The notes below the pieces were generated by a model that was given only the letters and a program-made list of their open reading frames with translations, did no database searches and was not told where the DNA came from. Shown here piece after piece: positions 15,727-25,417 of a stretch of DNA of 64,000 nt. Positions within the stretch are counted from its first letter, which is position 1. Each line of letters starts with the position of its first letter. The stretch covers positions 5,191 to 69,190 of the forward strand of contig JAGLYV010000054.1 in the NCBI GenBank assembly GCA_023131975.1, in the 5' to 3' direction. Origin of the DNA: Candidatus Krumholzibacteriia bacterium (GTDB lineage Bacteria > Krumholzibacteriota > Krumholzibacteriia > Krumholzibacteriales > Krumholzibacteriaceae). The position numbers and the translations under genes are program-made.

Positions 15727-18700
15727 GTGAGTCTATCGAGGCTTGAGCTGGTTGGGTTTAAATCTTTCATGTCTCCCGTTAGCCTGAATTTTCGTGAAGG
15801 GGTGACGGCCATACTTGGGCCGAACGGATGCGGAAAGACGAATGTCGTCGATGCGGTCAGGTGGGTCCTGGGTGAACAGAGCGCCCGTCAGCTGAGAAGC
15901 AGCAAAATGGAGAATGTCATATTTAACGGGACGCAGATACACAAGCCTCTGGGCTATGCGGCCGTCAATATGACTATCAGCAACGAAAAGGGTTATTTCC
16001 CGGTAGACTATTCGGAGATCACAATAACGAGAAAAGTATATCGTTCCGGTATAAGCGAATATTTTATCAACAAGACTCCATGCAGGCTGAAGGATATTAG
16101 GGAGCTTTTCGCCGATACGGGCACAGGCAGTCACTCATACGCTGTGATCGAGCAGGAGATGATAGAGTATGTCCTGAATGACGCTCACGGCGAACGGCGA
16201 AACATGTTTGAGGAAGCTTCGGGTATTGTCAAATACAGGATGAGAAGGGAAGAAGCGAAGAGAAAGCTCAAACTTACGGAAGCTGATCTTCTCCGCCTGG
16301 ATGATATTCTCGATGAGCTTGACAAGAATGTGCGTTCGCTCAAGTACCAGGTGGGTAAGACGAGGCGTTACAAGACGCTCAGTGAAAGGATCAGGCAGTG
16401 GAGTATGATAAGGCTCCGGTCCACCCTTTCCAATCTCCTCTCTGAAAAAAGGGTGGCTGAGGAAGATCTGTCAAAATCGATGGATATTTCCAGGCAGGAT
16501 GACGATTCGCTGGGCGAGAATCAGAAGAATGTGGAAGAAGCAAAGCTCAAGCTGATCGAGCATGAACAGCGGAACACGGACCTTCAGAACCGCAGGTATG
16601 AAGTTCGCAGGCGGATACAGACTTCCGAGGAAAAGATCATCCAGTATACCGAGCGTAAGGGTGAAGCGGAAAGAAAGATCAAGCGGGCCATCCATGAGAT
16701 CGAGGAGGCCAGGGTCCGTATCGAGAAGATCACCGGCAGGATAAGCGGAGCCAGAGTGGAGGAGGATGTTACGTCCGAGAAGATCGTTCTGGAACGTGAA
16801 GAAATAAAAAATCTTGGAGGAAGGTTTGAGGAAATATCGGTGCGGATCGAGAGGATACAGTCCGAACTGATCGATTTGAAACAGACTCAGCTCGATTTTC
16901 TTCAGGATCAGGTCAGGGTCAAGAGCAGCCAGGAACATTTCGAGGCCGTTTTGAAAGAGCTCGATGAGAGGTCATTGCAGCTGAGGGAACGTATATTGGG
17001 ACTCGAGATCGAGACCGCGGACCTGGCAGGCCTCAAGGGCGAGAGGGAATCCGCTTTGTCCGATCAGCAGGAAAGACTCAATATGCTGGAGAAGGCACGC
17101 GAAGAATCCACGTCCATGATCGAATCGGTCGGAGAATCTCTTTCCCGGAGGGAACGGTCACTGGCGGAGATGAATACAGAGCTGGCCAGGCTGAGGAGCA
17201 GGCATGACCTGTATATCAGGATGAAGGAAAATTTCGAAGGGTTCCCCGGCGGAGCCCGTTACATCCTGAAAAAGAGTGACGACCATGTAAGAGGTCCGTT
17301 GGCCGAGATCATGAAGATAGACGATGTCTACAGACCAGCTCTCGAATCTGTGCTGGGAGGAATGACAGACGGTGTCGTGGTGGACAGTATGGCGGGAGCG
17401 ATGGGTCTGATCGAAGAGCTTTCATCCAAGAAGCTGGGTGGGGTCAGACTGTTTGTCGAGAAGATGGACCGTACAGGCCAGAACGAAGTTCCCAAGGACA
17501 TTCCCGGACTGATCGGCAGGTTGAGTTCTCTCATCGAGATCGACGCCGCGAAACAGGGAATGATCGAGGCACTTCTCGGGACGACACTCGTATTCGAGGA
17601 TCCCGACAGCGCTCTTTCTTTTATCGGTTCTGAAGCTGGAGATGTGTTCGACGCTGTGACTGTAACCGGAATATATTTCTGCAAGGGCAAGGGTATCTAC
17701 TTCTGCGGTTCTCCCGGTGAAGAGGTCTCTTTACTCGGAAGAGCTGAAGAGATAGAGAAGATGGGGGAGAATATCGGAACTCTCACACGGGATGCTTCGG
17801 AGGAAGAAACCGGATGTGAAAGAGAAAAGAGAGAGAAAGAAGAGCTTCGGAAAAAAGTGTCCGAGCTTGATTCGAATATAGCCGCCGCCAGGGACGAAGT
17901 GGCTGATAGTCGGGAGAAGACGAGGGAAGTCGAGCGCGATTATATTATGAAAAAGGAAAAGTGTTCCCTTCTCATGAAATCGATGGATGAGATCGAGAAC
18001 TCCCGTGTTGAAACGTTGTCAAAGCTGGAGGAAGCCAGGCTTGCCCTCTCGATGCATCAGAGTACAGGCGATGTTTCCAGGGTCACGATCCTGGAAACTG
18101 AACTTTCTACTCTACTCGACGAGAAAACCCGGCATGAGAGTGCTTTGACCGAAAAGAAAGTCGACCTTGCCTCTCTGCAGGGTATCCTGGACAGGCACAG
18201 GGAGGAGATCAAGGGGCTGGAAGAGATGACGAAGCAGTTCCAGGCGATCACGGAGCAGCGGTCCGGAGAGATCGAGACATCCAGGGAAGAATCTTCGGAG
18301 CTTCTTGTCGGTATAGAAGAGGAGAGGTCGATCGTCGGAGAACATGTCCGTCAGGAGACTGAATTCCAGCAGGAGATAGATGAACTGGCGGGCCTGCTTG
18401 AAGAGAAACGTTCGGTGATAAATAGTATGGAAAAGGATATCAGGGAGAGGCAGCAGGCCAGGGAAAGGATCTTTACACAGATCAACGAAGTAAAGATAAG
18501 ACTTTCCAACCTGGATACAAGGATGTCCGACACCGTCGAAAAGGCCCGGGAACTGTACGACGAGGATCTGAACTGCTACCTGGAAGGAGTCGAGATACCT
18601 CTGACGGAGGAAGAGAAGGAGGTCACTCCCGACCTGCTCGAGAGTGAGAAGAGAAAGCTGGGTAGCCTGGGTCCCGTGAATCTTGCCGCGATCGAAGAAT

Positions 18701-19332
18701 ATGACGAAAAGAAGGAACGTCTCGATTTCCTCGTGACTCAGAAGGATGACCTGGTTCACGCAAAGGAAGAACTCGAACAGGCGATAACGAAGATCAACAA
18801 GAGAGCGAGAAAGCTTTTTGTCGAGACTTTCGATATAGTGAAAGGACATTTCGCGCAGATATTCGAGGTATTGTTCGAAGGGGGCGAAGCTTCGTTGAGC
18901 CTCGGGGAAAACAGCGATCCGCTCGAGGCTGATATCATCATCTCGGCCAGGCCGAAGGGCAAACGGCTGCAGGATATATCTCTGTTGTCCGGCGGCGAAA
19001 GAGCCCTGACGGCCATATCTCTTCTGTTCGCGCTGTACAAGGCAAAGCCCAGTCCGTTCTGTATCTTCGACGAAGTCGACGCGCCTCTGGACGACGCCAA
19101 TATTGAGAGGTTCGTCAGAATGCTCAAGAAATTCTCGGAAGAGACGCAATTCATCATAATCACGCATAACAAGCGGACTATGGAAGCTGCCGATTCTCTC
19201 TTCGGAGTGACGATGCAGGAGAAGGGTGTTTCAAAGATTGTATCGGTCAACCTGACCGAGATCGAGGATGTAATGGAAAGCCGTAAGACTTCAGTAGATG
19301 AGGCGATCGCTGTGCCTGTATCATCGAATTAG
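15727..19332 (+). CDS. smc: Chromosome segregation protein SMC
   Basis: An N-terminal Walker A LGPNGCGKTNVVDAV is present. Long coiled-coil regions and a hinge follow. The C-terminal signature is LSGGERALTAISLLFAL plus a Walker B FCIFDEVDAPLD. The length is 1201 aa. Confidence 0.9.
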   Translation: MSLSRLELVGFKSFMSPVSLNFREGVTAILGPNGCGKTNVVDAVRWVLGEQSARQLRSSKMENVIFNGTQIHKPLGYAAVNMTISNEKGYFPVDYSEITITRKVYRSGISEYFINKTPCRLKDIRELFADTGTGSHSYAVIEQEMIEYVLNDAHGERRNMFEEASGIVKYRMRREEAKRKLKLTEADLLRLDDILDELDKNVRSLKYQVGKTRRYKTLSERIRQWSMIRLRSTLSNLLSEKRVAEEDLSKSMDISRQDDDSLGENQKNVEEAKLKLIEHEQRNTDLQNRRYEVRRRIQTSEEKIIQYTERKGEAERKIKRAIHEIEEARVRIEKITGRISGARVEEDVTSEKIVLEREEIKNLGGRFEEISVRIERIQSELIDLKQTQLDFLQDQVRVKSSQEHFEAVLKELDERSLQLRERILGLEIETADLAGLKGERESALSDQQERLNMLEKAREESTSMIESVGESLSRRERSLAEMNTELARLRSRHDLYIRMKENFEGFPGGARYILKKSDDHVRGPLAEIMKIDDVYRPALESVLGGMTDGVVVDSMAGAMGLIEELSSKKLGGVRLFVEKMDRTGQNEVPKDIPGLIGRLSSLIEIDAAKQGMIEALLGTTLVFEDPDSALSFIGSEAGDVFDAVTVTGIYFCKGKGIYFCGSPGEEVSLLGRAEEIEKMGENIGTLTRDASEEETGCEREKREKEELRKKVSELDSNIAAARDEVADSREKTREVERDYIMKKEKCSLLMKSMDEIENSRVETLSKLEEARLALSMHQSTGDVSRVTILETELSTLLDEKTRHESALTEKKVDLASLQGILDRHREEIKGLEEMTKQFQAITEQRSGEIETSREESSELLVGIEEERSIVGEHVRQETEFQQEIDELAGLLEEKRSVINSMEKDIRERQQARERIFTQINEVKIRLSNLDTRMSDTVEKARELYDEDLNCYLEGVEIPLTEEEKEVTPDLLESEKRKLGSLGPVNLAAIEEYDEKKERLDFLVTQKDDLVHAKEELEQAITKINKRARKLFVETFDIVKGHFAQIFEVLFEGGEASLSLGENSDPLEADIIISARPKGKRLQDISLLSGGERALTAISLLFALYKAKPSPFCIFDEVDAPLDDANIERFVRMLKKFSEETQFIIITHNKRTMEAADSLFGVTMQEKGVSKIVSVNLTEIEDVMESRKTSVDEAIAVPVSSN

Positions 19333-19346
19333 GAAGCGGTGAGAGA

Positions 19347-20240
19347 TTGAAACACCTTTTCAGAGGTCTGAAGAAAACCAGGGACCGTCTGTTCGGCCCG
19401 CTCCAGAAGATATTTTCCAGTGGAAGACTGAATGAAGAGGATATCGAGGAACTCGAGTCCCTTCTTTTCTCCGCGGATATCGGAGTCGATACGACAGAGA
19501 GGATCATCGAAAAAGTCAGGGAGAGGCTCCGTTCGGGATCCGGTCCGGACCCGGATTTTATCTCGCTGGTCTCAGATGAATTGCTCGGTGTGATGGATGA
19601 GTTGCCCCCCTACAAAGAACCCGAGGGTGTTCCGAGAGTGATCGTTATCACAGGGGTGAACGGTGTCGGAAAGACTTCGACCATCGGTAAGCTCGCTGGA
19701 CTCTTCAAGGCTGAAGGAAAAAGCGTGATGCTTGCCGCCTGTGATACTTTCAGGGCTGCTGCCATCGATCAACTTGAACTCTGGGCGGAGAAGACCGGCG
19801 TACCCGTGGTGAGGCAGAAGATGGGTTCGGATCCCGCAGCCGTTGCTTTTGACGCGGTGAGTTCAGCTAAAGCAAAGGGCATCGACATAGTGATCGTGGA
19901 TACCGCCGGCAGGCTTCATACCAAAGCTAATCTGATGGAAGAACTCAGAAAGATATTCAGGGTGCTTTCAGGGAAAATAGAGGGAATAGCCATCGAATCG
20001 TGGCTTGTTCTCGATGCAAACTCCGGGCAGAACAGCCTCAGGCAGGCAGAGGTGTTTGTAAAGGATCTCCCGGTGACCGGACTGGTCCTTACAAAGCTTG
20101 ACAGTACGGCCAAAGGGGGCGTTGTGATCCCTGTCCAGAAGAATCTGGGGATACCGGTCCTCTATGCGGGGACGGGTGAGGGGTTGGATGATATAGAACC
20201 GTTCGACCACAATGCTTTCGTGGAAGCACTGCTCCTCTGA
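19347..20240 (+). CDS. ftsY: Signal recognition particle receptor FtsY (short form, NG domain only)
   Basis: SRP GTPase motifs are present: GVNGVGKTST, DTAGR and TKLD. The start is TTG. Confidence 0.85.
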   Translation: MKHLFRGLKKTRDRLFGPLQKIFSSGRLNEEDIEELESLLFSADIGVDTTERIIEKVRERLRSGSGPDPDFISLVSDELLGVMDELPPYKEPEGVPRVIVITGVNGVGKTSTIGKLAGLFKAEGKSVMLAACDTFRAAAIDQLELWAEKTGVPVVRQKMGSDPAAVAFDAVSSAKAKGIDIVIVDTAGRLHTKANLMEELRKIFRVLSGKIEGIAIESWLVLDANSGQNSLRQAEVFVKDLPVTGLVLTKLDSTAKGGVVIPVQKNLGIPVLYAGTGEGLDDIEPFDHNAFVEALLL

Positions 20241-20259
20241 TCGATGTCCGTTATCATCC

Positions 20260-20287
20260 TTGACAAGGTAGCATAATCAGATATAAT
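20260..20287 (+). promoter_or_regulatory. Consensus sigma70 promoter (TTGACA, 16-bp spacer, TATAAT) driving the FMN riboswitch / rib operon
   Basis: TTGACA lies at 20260-20265 and TATAAT at 20282-20287, both perfect hexamers. The element lies about 30 nt upstream of the riboswitch aptamer. Confidence 0.65.
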
Positions 20288-20315
20288 ACAGTCACGGGCC
20301 GATTTGAAAAAGGCC

Positions 20316-20440
20316 CACAGCCTTCGGGGCGGGGTGTGATTCCCCACCGGCGGTAAAAGTCCGCGAATGGACCGCAAGGTTCACTGATCCGGTGAAATTC
20401 CGGTACCGACAGTAACAGTCTGGATGGGAGAAGGTTTAAC
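20316..20440 (+). ncRNA. FMN riboswitch (RFN element) in the ribD leader
   Basis: Conserved RFN blocks are present: CTTCGGGGCGGGGTG-GATTCCCCACCGGCGGTAAAAGTCCGCG ... GGTGAAATTCCGGTACCGACAGTAACAGTCTGGATGGGAGAAGG. A P1 pairing CTTC/GAAG closes the aptamer. Confidence 0.85.
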
Positions 20441-20548
20441 TGCGCGGCATCGGCCCTATGTGGGCTTGTGCCTTGTCCCTTCGTATCCCCGAAAACCCTT
20501 ATTCAGTGCCGCCGGACCGGAATATCATTGAGTGACGAAATAAAATAT

Positions 20549-21676
20549 ATGAAGAGGGCTCTTGACCTGGCCGCAAATGGACTGGGCAAGACTTTTCCCA
20601 ACCCCCTTGTCGGGGCTGTCATAGTCTCCGGAGGAGAAATAGTGGGGGAAGGATTTCATGGAAAGGCTGGAGGCCCTCATGCCGAAGTGGAAGCGATACG
20701 GTCAGCCGGAAACAGGGTCAGGGGCTCTACACTCTATATCAATCTCGAACCCTGCTGTCATTATGGCAAGACACCTCCGTGTACCGATGCCATCCTGGAA
20801 TCGGGTATCGATAGAGTTGTAATTGCTATCAAGGATCCTGATTCCCGGGTGATGGGCAGAGGGGCTGGGATATTGAGAGAGAACGGAGTCGATGTCAGGA
20901 CAGGGGCGCTGGCGGAAGAAGCGATTGAGATCAACCTTCCATATCTGCACAAGGCTATCACGGGAAAACCTTTTATCGTTCTGAAGCTGGCGATGACACT
21001 TGATGGAAGGCTCGGAGTGCCAGAGGGTGGATGGTTTACCGGCGATGAATCTCGAGAAAACGTGCACAGACTGAGGGCAGCAATGGAGGCGGTCGCTGTG
21101 GGTTCAGGTACACTGGCGGCGGATGTGCCGATGCTGGACAGACGATATTTCAGCGATGCTTCCGGTCCACCGATCCGAATGGTTTTCGACTCAGCACTTT
21201 CTTCCAGGATCCCTGTCCAGTGGGGTCCCGGGGAGAACAGGGTGATCTTCTACTGCACAGACAGGGCAGCAGGGGAGAGGAGAAAAGAGTTCGAAGATGA
21301 GGGTGTCGAGGTGGTACTCCTGCCGGCAGACGGGGACGGAATAGATCTGACGGCATGGTTGGAGCAGGTCTCTACGGATGGGATCACCTCAGTCCTGATC
21401 GAGGGTGGACGCAGGATCGCGTCATCAGTCGCGGGAAAGGGCCTGTTCGACAGGTTCGTCGCTTACCATGCCCCGGTTCTGGATGGTGGCGCGGGTGATC
21501 ACTGGACAGGGACCGACAGAGATCCCGGTGATGAGGGGGAACGACTCATCCTGAAAAGCAGCATAGCTCTCGGCCAGGACGTTCTTGCCATATATGACAG
21601 GGAACGAATCACCGGATATGGAAGGTTACTTTCGGATGACGACCTTATGGAGGAACGACGATGTTTACCGGATTGA
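20549..21676 (+). CDS. ribD: Bifunctional diaminohydroxyphosphoribosylaminopyrimidine deaminase / 5-amino-6-(5-phosphoribosylamino)uracil reductase
   Basis: The zinc deaminase motifs HAEVEAI and PCCHYGKTPPC are present. A C-terminal reductase domain follows. The start was chosen at MKRALDLA. The ORF-track 5' extension overlaps the riboswitch. Confidence 0.85.
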   Translation: MKRALDLAANGLGKTFPNPLVGAVIVSGGEIVGEGFHGKAGGPHAEVEAIRSAGNRVRGSTLYINLEPCCHYGKTPPCTDAILESGIDRVVIAIKDPDSRVMGRGAGILRENGVDVRTGALAEEAIEINLPYLHKAITGKPFIVLKLAMTLDGRLGVPEGGWFTGDESRENVHRLRAAMEAVAVGSGTLAADVPMLDRRYFSDASGPPIRMVFDSALSSRIPVQWGPGENRVIFYCTDRAAGERRKEFEDEGVEVVLLPADGDGIDLTAWLEQVSTDGITSVLIEGGRRIASSVAGKGLFDRFVAYHAPVLDGGAGDHWTGTDRDPGDEGERLILKSSIALGQDVLAIYDRERITGYGRLLSDDDLMEERRCLPD

Positions 21677-22239
21677 TAGAAGAGACAGGAAAGGTCGTTT
21701 ACCTGAAGAGAAGGTCCACTGCCGCGGAACTTGCCGTCAAGTCCACATTGACAGGGTTGAAGAACGGCGACAGTGTCGCGGTCAACGGAGTCTGTCAGAC
21801 TATCAAATGGCTGCGGGGAGATACGTTTGCCTGTGATGTTCTGCCCGAGACCCTGAGAGTCACAAATCTTGGTGCGCTGGGGCCTGGGATGGAAGTGAAT
21901 CTGGAGAGGGCGCTCATGCTTGGTGACAGGCTGGGGGGACATCTGGTAAACGGGCATATTGATGGGACCGGTACTGTAAGGACCGTTACCCGGGATCCCC
22001 TTTCCATCGAGATCGGTGCGGATCCCGGGATCACGAAGTTTCTTGTTCCAAAGGGTTCGGTAGCCATAGATGGTATAAGCCTGACCCTGGGGCCCGATGT
22101 GACGAAAGACAGTTTCAAAGTCTACATCATACCCCATACCCTGGATAACACATGTCTCCGGAACGCGAGGCCTGGCAGCCGTGTCAATATAGAGGTGGAT
22201 ATTCTCGCAAAATATGTGGATAAATTAACGAATAGATAA
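21661..22239 (+). CDS. ribE: Riboflavin synthase alpha subunit
   Basis: MFTGLIEETGKV and a repeated lumazine-binding barrel (GDSVAVNGVCQT...GHLVNGHIDG) match RibE. Confidence 0.85.
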   Translation: MFTGLIEETGKVVYLKRRSTAAELAVKSTLTGLKNGDSVAVNGVCQTIKWLRGDTFACDVLPETLRVTNLGALGPGMEVNLERALMLGDRLGGHLVNGHIDGTGTVRTVTRDPLSIEIGADPGITKFLVPKGSVAIDGISLTLGPDVTKDSFKVYIIPHTLDNTCLRNARPGSRVNIEVDILAKYVDKLTNR

Positions 22240-22281
22240 ACGGTCCGTCTCCACGCGGACTGAAAAGAAGGGGCTGGAGAA

Positions 22282-23496
22282 GTGAACGGTATCAGTAATA
22301 TTGAAGAGGCACTGAAAGAGATCCACGAAGGCAAGATGGTGATAGTCGTGGATGACGAGGGCAGGGAGAACGAGGGTGATATCATAATGGCCGCGGAAAA
22401 GGTCGACGCCGCAGCTGTTAATTTTATCGTAAAAGAAGCACGCGGCCTTATCTGTGTCGCCCTGCTGGGAGAGAGACTGGACCAGTTGAGGCTGGGAATG
22501 ATGGTACAGGAAAATACGGCGCGTTTGAACACGAACTTCACCGTATCGGTCGATGCTGTCCACGGTACTACGACAGGTATTTCAGCTTTTGACAGGGCCG
22601 AGACAATACGCACGCTGGTCGATCCGGAAACGAAACCGGAAGACCTCGCGAGGCCGGGGCATATTTTTCCTCTTCGTGCCGTCGACAGCGGAGTCCTCAG
22701 ACGGGCCGGACATACAGAGGCGGCTGTCGATATAGCGAGGCTTGCGGGACTCAATCCGGGCGGACTCCTTTGCGAGATCATGGCGGAAGATGGGACGATG
22801 GCCCGAATGCCCCAACTCAAGTCGTTCGCAAAAAAGCACGGGCTGAAGATAATAACGATCACCGACCTCATAGAGTATAGAAGACGCAATGAAAAACTCG
22901 TAAGGCGAGGTGCCGAGGCAAGCCTTCCGACCTTGTATGGCGAGTTCAGGCTCATTGCTTATGAGGGGCTGGTCGATGGATCTGAGAGTGTCGTGCTGGT
23001 AATGGGGGAGCCATGGAACGATGAGTCAGCCCTCGTGCGGGTGCATTCGCAGTGTCTTACAGGCGACGTCTTTCATTCATTACGTTGTGATTGCGGGGAT
23101 CAGCTCGATTCGGCGCTCAAGATGATCGCCCATGAAAAAAGCGGAGTTCTTCTATATATCCAACAGGAGGGCAGAGGTATCGGACTCGTCAATAAAGTCC
23201 GGGCCTATGAGCTTCAGGATAAAGGACGCGATACGGTCCAGGCGAACGAGGATCTGGGTTTTCCCGCCGACCTGAGGGATTATGGGACGGGCGCGCAGAT
23301 CCTTGCCGATCTGGGACTGCACAGGATAAGATTGCTTACCAACAATCCGAAGAAGATAATCGGTCTGAAAGCCTATGGGCTGAAAGTCGTCGAAAGGCTG
23401 CCATTGGAGATAGAACCGAACACGAAGAACGTGAAATATCTCTCCACCAAGAGGGATAAACTGGGTCATCTTTTCGGTGATCTGGAAAAGAGATAA
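22282..23496 (+). CDS. ribBA: Bifunctional 3,4-dihydroxy-2-butanone-4-phosphate synthase / GTP cyclohydrolase II
   Basis: The DHBP synthase motif [10 protein letters not shown] is present. The cyclohydrolase II Cys cluster [15 protein letters not shown] is present. The start is GTG after GGAG. Confidence 0.85.
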   Translation: MNGISNIEEALKEIHEGKMVIVVDDEGRENEGDIIMAAEKVDAAAVNFIVKEARGLICVALLGERLDQLRLGMMVQENTARLNTNFTVSVDAVHGTTTGISAFDRAETIRTLVDPETKPEDLARPGHIFPLRAVDSGVLRRAGHTEAAVDIARLAGLNPGGLLCEIMAEDGTMARMPQLKSFAKKHGLKIITITDLIEYRRRNEKLVRRGAEASLPTLYGEFRLIAYEGLVDGSESVVLVMGEPWNDESALVRVHSQCLTGDVFHSLRCDCGDQLDSALKMIAHEKSGVLLYIQQEGRGIGLVNKVRAYELQDKGRDTVQANEDLGFPADLRDYGTGAQILADLGLHRIRLLTNNPKKIIGLKAYGLKVVERLPLEIEPNTKNVKYLSTKRDKLGHLFGDLEKR

Positions 23497-23534
23497 TCCT
23501 GTAAGAATCTGTTGGGCTGTCGAAAGGAGAAAAG

Positions 23535-23999
23535 ATGGAAGAAAAAGCGGGACATCTGATAGGTAAGGGACTGCGGTTTACGATCGTAGCCGGGAGATTT
23601 AACGAGATCGTGACGGAAAGCCTGATAGGCGGAGCGATCGACTGCCTGACGAGACACGGTGTCTCGGAAAATGATATAGTCCTGTACAGGGTGCCCGGAT
23701 CTTTCGAGATCCCACAGGTGGCCATGAAACTGACCGGTGACGATTCTGACGCTGTCATCTGTCTCGGGACCTTGATAAGGGGAGGGACTCCTCATTTCGA
23801 TATCCTGGCCAGTCAGGTGGTCAAGGATCTGTCGACTATCGGTATCCAATCGGGAAAACCGGTCACATTCGGAGTAATAACTGCGGACACACAGGAACAG
23901 GCTATCGAGAGGGCGGGAAGCAAAGCCGGCAACAAGGGGTGGCAGGCGGCTCTATCGGCGCTCGAGATGTCGAATCTGTGGAAAGATATCGAGGGTTAG
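23535..23999 (+). CDS. ribH: 6,7-dimethyl-8-ribityllumazine synthase
   Basis: FTIVAGRFNEIVTESLIGGA...VPGSFEIP is a RibH signature. AAAGGAGAAAAG precedes the ATG. Confidence 0.9.
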   Translation: MEEKAGHLIGKGLRFTIVAGRFNEIVTESLIGGAIDCLTRHGVSENDIVLYRVPGSFEIPQVAMKLTGDDSDAVICLGTLIRGGTPHFDILASQVVKDLSTIGIQSGKPVTFGVITADTQEQAIERAGSKAGNKGWQAALSALEMSNLWKDIEG

Positions 24000-24419
24000 A
24001 TGAGCCGAAGAAGAAAAGCCAGAGAAACGGCGCTCCAGGCCCTCTACGCCTCCGAAGTATCGGGCAAGGCGTGGGAAGAAGCGCTCGTTGACATGCTCAG
24101 GAGGAGGAAGTCTTCTGAGGAGGCGGAGGAGTACGCCAGACGTATCGTTCGTCATGTCTCGGAATCGAAGGATGAACTGGACGAAAAGATCATCGGGAGT
24201 CTGGAGAACTGGCGTTTCGACAGGGTCTCGATCATCGACCGGATAATACTTCGGATCGCCCTTGCCGAACTGATACATTGCCGGGAAGTGCCGGTCAACG
24301 TGATCATAAACGAGGCAATCGAGATCGCGCATAGATTCAGTTCCAGTAAGGCGGGGAAATTCGTGAATGGCATCCTCGACAAGCTGGCCCGTGAAGTCAG
24401 GGAAGACGGGAGCTCGTAA
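24000..24419 (+). CDS. nusB: Transcription antitermination factor NusB
   Basis: RRKARETALQALYASEV and the conserved ribH-nusB adjacency support NusB. Confidence 0.85.
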   Translation: MSRRRKARETALQALYASEVSGKAWEEALVDMLRRRKSSEEAEEYARRIVRHVSESKDELDEKIIGSLENWRFDRVSIIDRIILRIALAELIHCREVPVNVIINEAIEIAHRFSSSKAGKFVNGILDKLAREVREDGSS

Positions 24420-24452
24420 ACCTGGTCATAATTGGTTAAGGTTCTGTTTTAT

Positions 24453-24483
24453 TTGACACTTGCGGTCCCCTTTGGTGTATACT
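24453..24483 (+). promoter_or_regulatory. Promoter-like element: TTGACA, 19-bp spacer, TGTATACT
   Basis: TTGACA lies at 24453-24458 and TATACT at 24478-24483, preceded by TG. It is followed by a ~150-nt leader before the methyltransferase ATG at 24633. Confidence 0.35.
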
Positions 24484-24632
24484 CTGGGGAAGGGTCCTTG
24501 GGAATACTGTCTCCCTGGGGCTCTCTAAAGGCTTGTACCCGGGATCCGGTCAACGCGAGACGGAAGCAGCCAGGAGAGGGGCTTCCGTTGTGTTTTATCG
24601 GCGAACCCTCCGGGGCGACAGGAGAGGCACCG

Positions 24633-25406
24633 ATGAGTTCGAACAGAGTCTCGGAAAAAACGCATTGGAACGAGTTCTGGAAGATATCGACTGATCTGTC
24701 CGAAGTATACGACAATGAGGGAAGAGTAAGTCGGCATTTTTCACGTCTCGAGAGCCTCAATGGGAAAAGAATACTGGAAGTAGGCGCCGGATCGGGACGA
24801 GACGGGATATTTATGGCCGGGGAGGGTGCCTCGGTCGTATCTCTCGATTATTCTCCCGACAGTCTTAAAATGATCTCGGGACAGATCTCGGAGAAGGATG
24901 ATGTTTCCGTATGTTGTGGCGATGCCTTTGCCCTGCCATTCTCCGAAGGGACTTTCGATCTGGTATTCCATCAGGGGCTTCTGGAGCATTTCCGCAATCC
25001 TGGCGACATGATCAGGGAACATCACAGGGTCCTGAAAAAAGGCGGATACATCCTGGTAGATGTGCCCCAGCGATATCACTATTACACGCCCTTGAAGCAT
25101 ATTTTCATAGCGCTGGGCAAGTGGTTTGCCGGATGGGAGACCGAATTTTCTCCCGGAGAACTTGAAAGACTGCTCAAAAAGAACTCGTACGAGATCGTTA
25201 CGACATATGGAGAGTATCTCAACCCGCCCATCTGGTTCAGGATACTGCGAAAAGGGTTGATGCCGTTCGGGATGACTTTGCCTATGTATCCGAAGATATT
25301 CACCGGATCGAGGCGTGCTTTGACAGGTATCAGGGAAAGATTCCTGGCCACGAGGCTTGGTTTGCATACTTCCGTTGTTATCGGAACGATAGCCAGGAAG
25401 ATATAG
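24633..25406 (+). CDS. Class I SAM-dependent methyltransferase (Methyltransf_11/25-like)
   Basis: The SAM motif ILEVGAGSGRDG and an acidic motif-II CGDAFALPF are present. The ATG at 24633 follows GGAGAGG. The ORF-track 67-aa N-extension has no homology. Confidence 0.7.
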   Translation: MSSNRVSEKTHWNEFWKISTDLSEVYDNEGRVSRHFSRLESLNGKRILEVGAGSGRDGIFMAGEGASVVSLDYSPDSLKMISGQISEKDDVSVCCGDAFALPFSEGTFDLVFHQGLLEHFRNPGDMIREHHRVLKKGGYILVDVPQRYHYYTPLKHIFIALGKWFAGWETEFSPGELERLLKKNSYEIVTTYGEYLNPPIWFRILRKGLMPFGMTLPMYPKIFTGSRRALTGIRERFLATRLGLHTSVVIGTIARKI

Positions 25407-25417
25407 GGGAGCTGAAT

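Noticed and set aside
18112-19167. 351-aa minus-strand ORF (and 16471-16938)
   Set aside because: It is antisense to the smc coiled-coil region. Such shadow ORFs are typical there. It has no homology.
20468-20548. ORF-finder extension of ribD into the FMN riboswitch
   Set aside because: The region matches the RFN aptamer and expression platform. Conserved RibD begins at MKRALDLA.
22122-22955. 277-aa minus-strand ORF; similar long antisense ORFs at 44331-45095 and 56217-57203
   Set aside because: They overlap ribE/ribBA, capD and murE respectively on the opposite strand. All are low-complexity with no motif.
24432-24632. 67-aa N-terminal extension of the methyltransferase ORF
   Set aside because: It has no homology. 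A good RBS (GGAGAGG) lies immediately before the internal ATG at 24633, where the conserved methyltransferase N-terminus begins.
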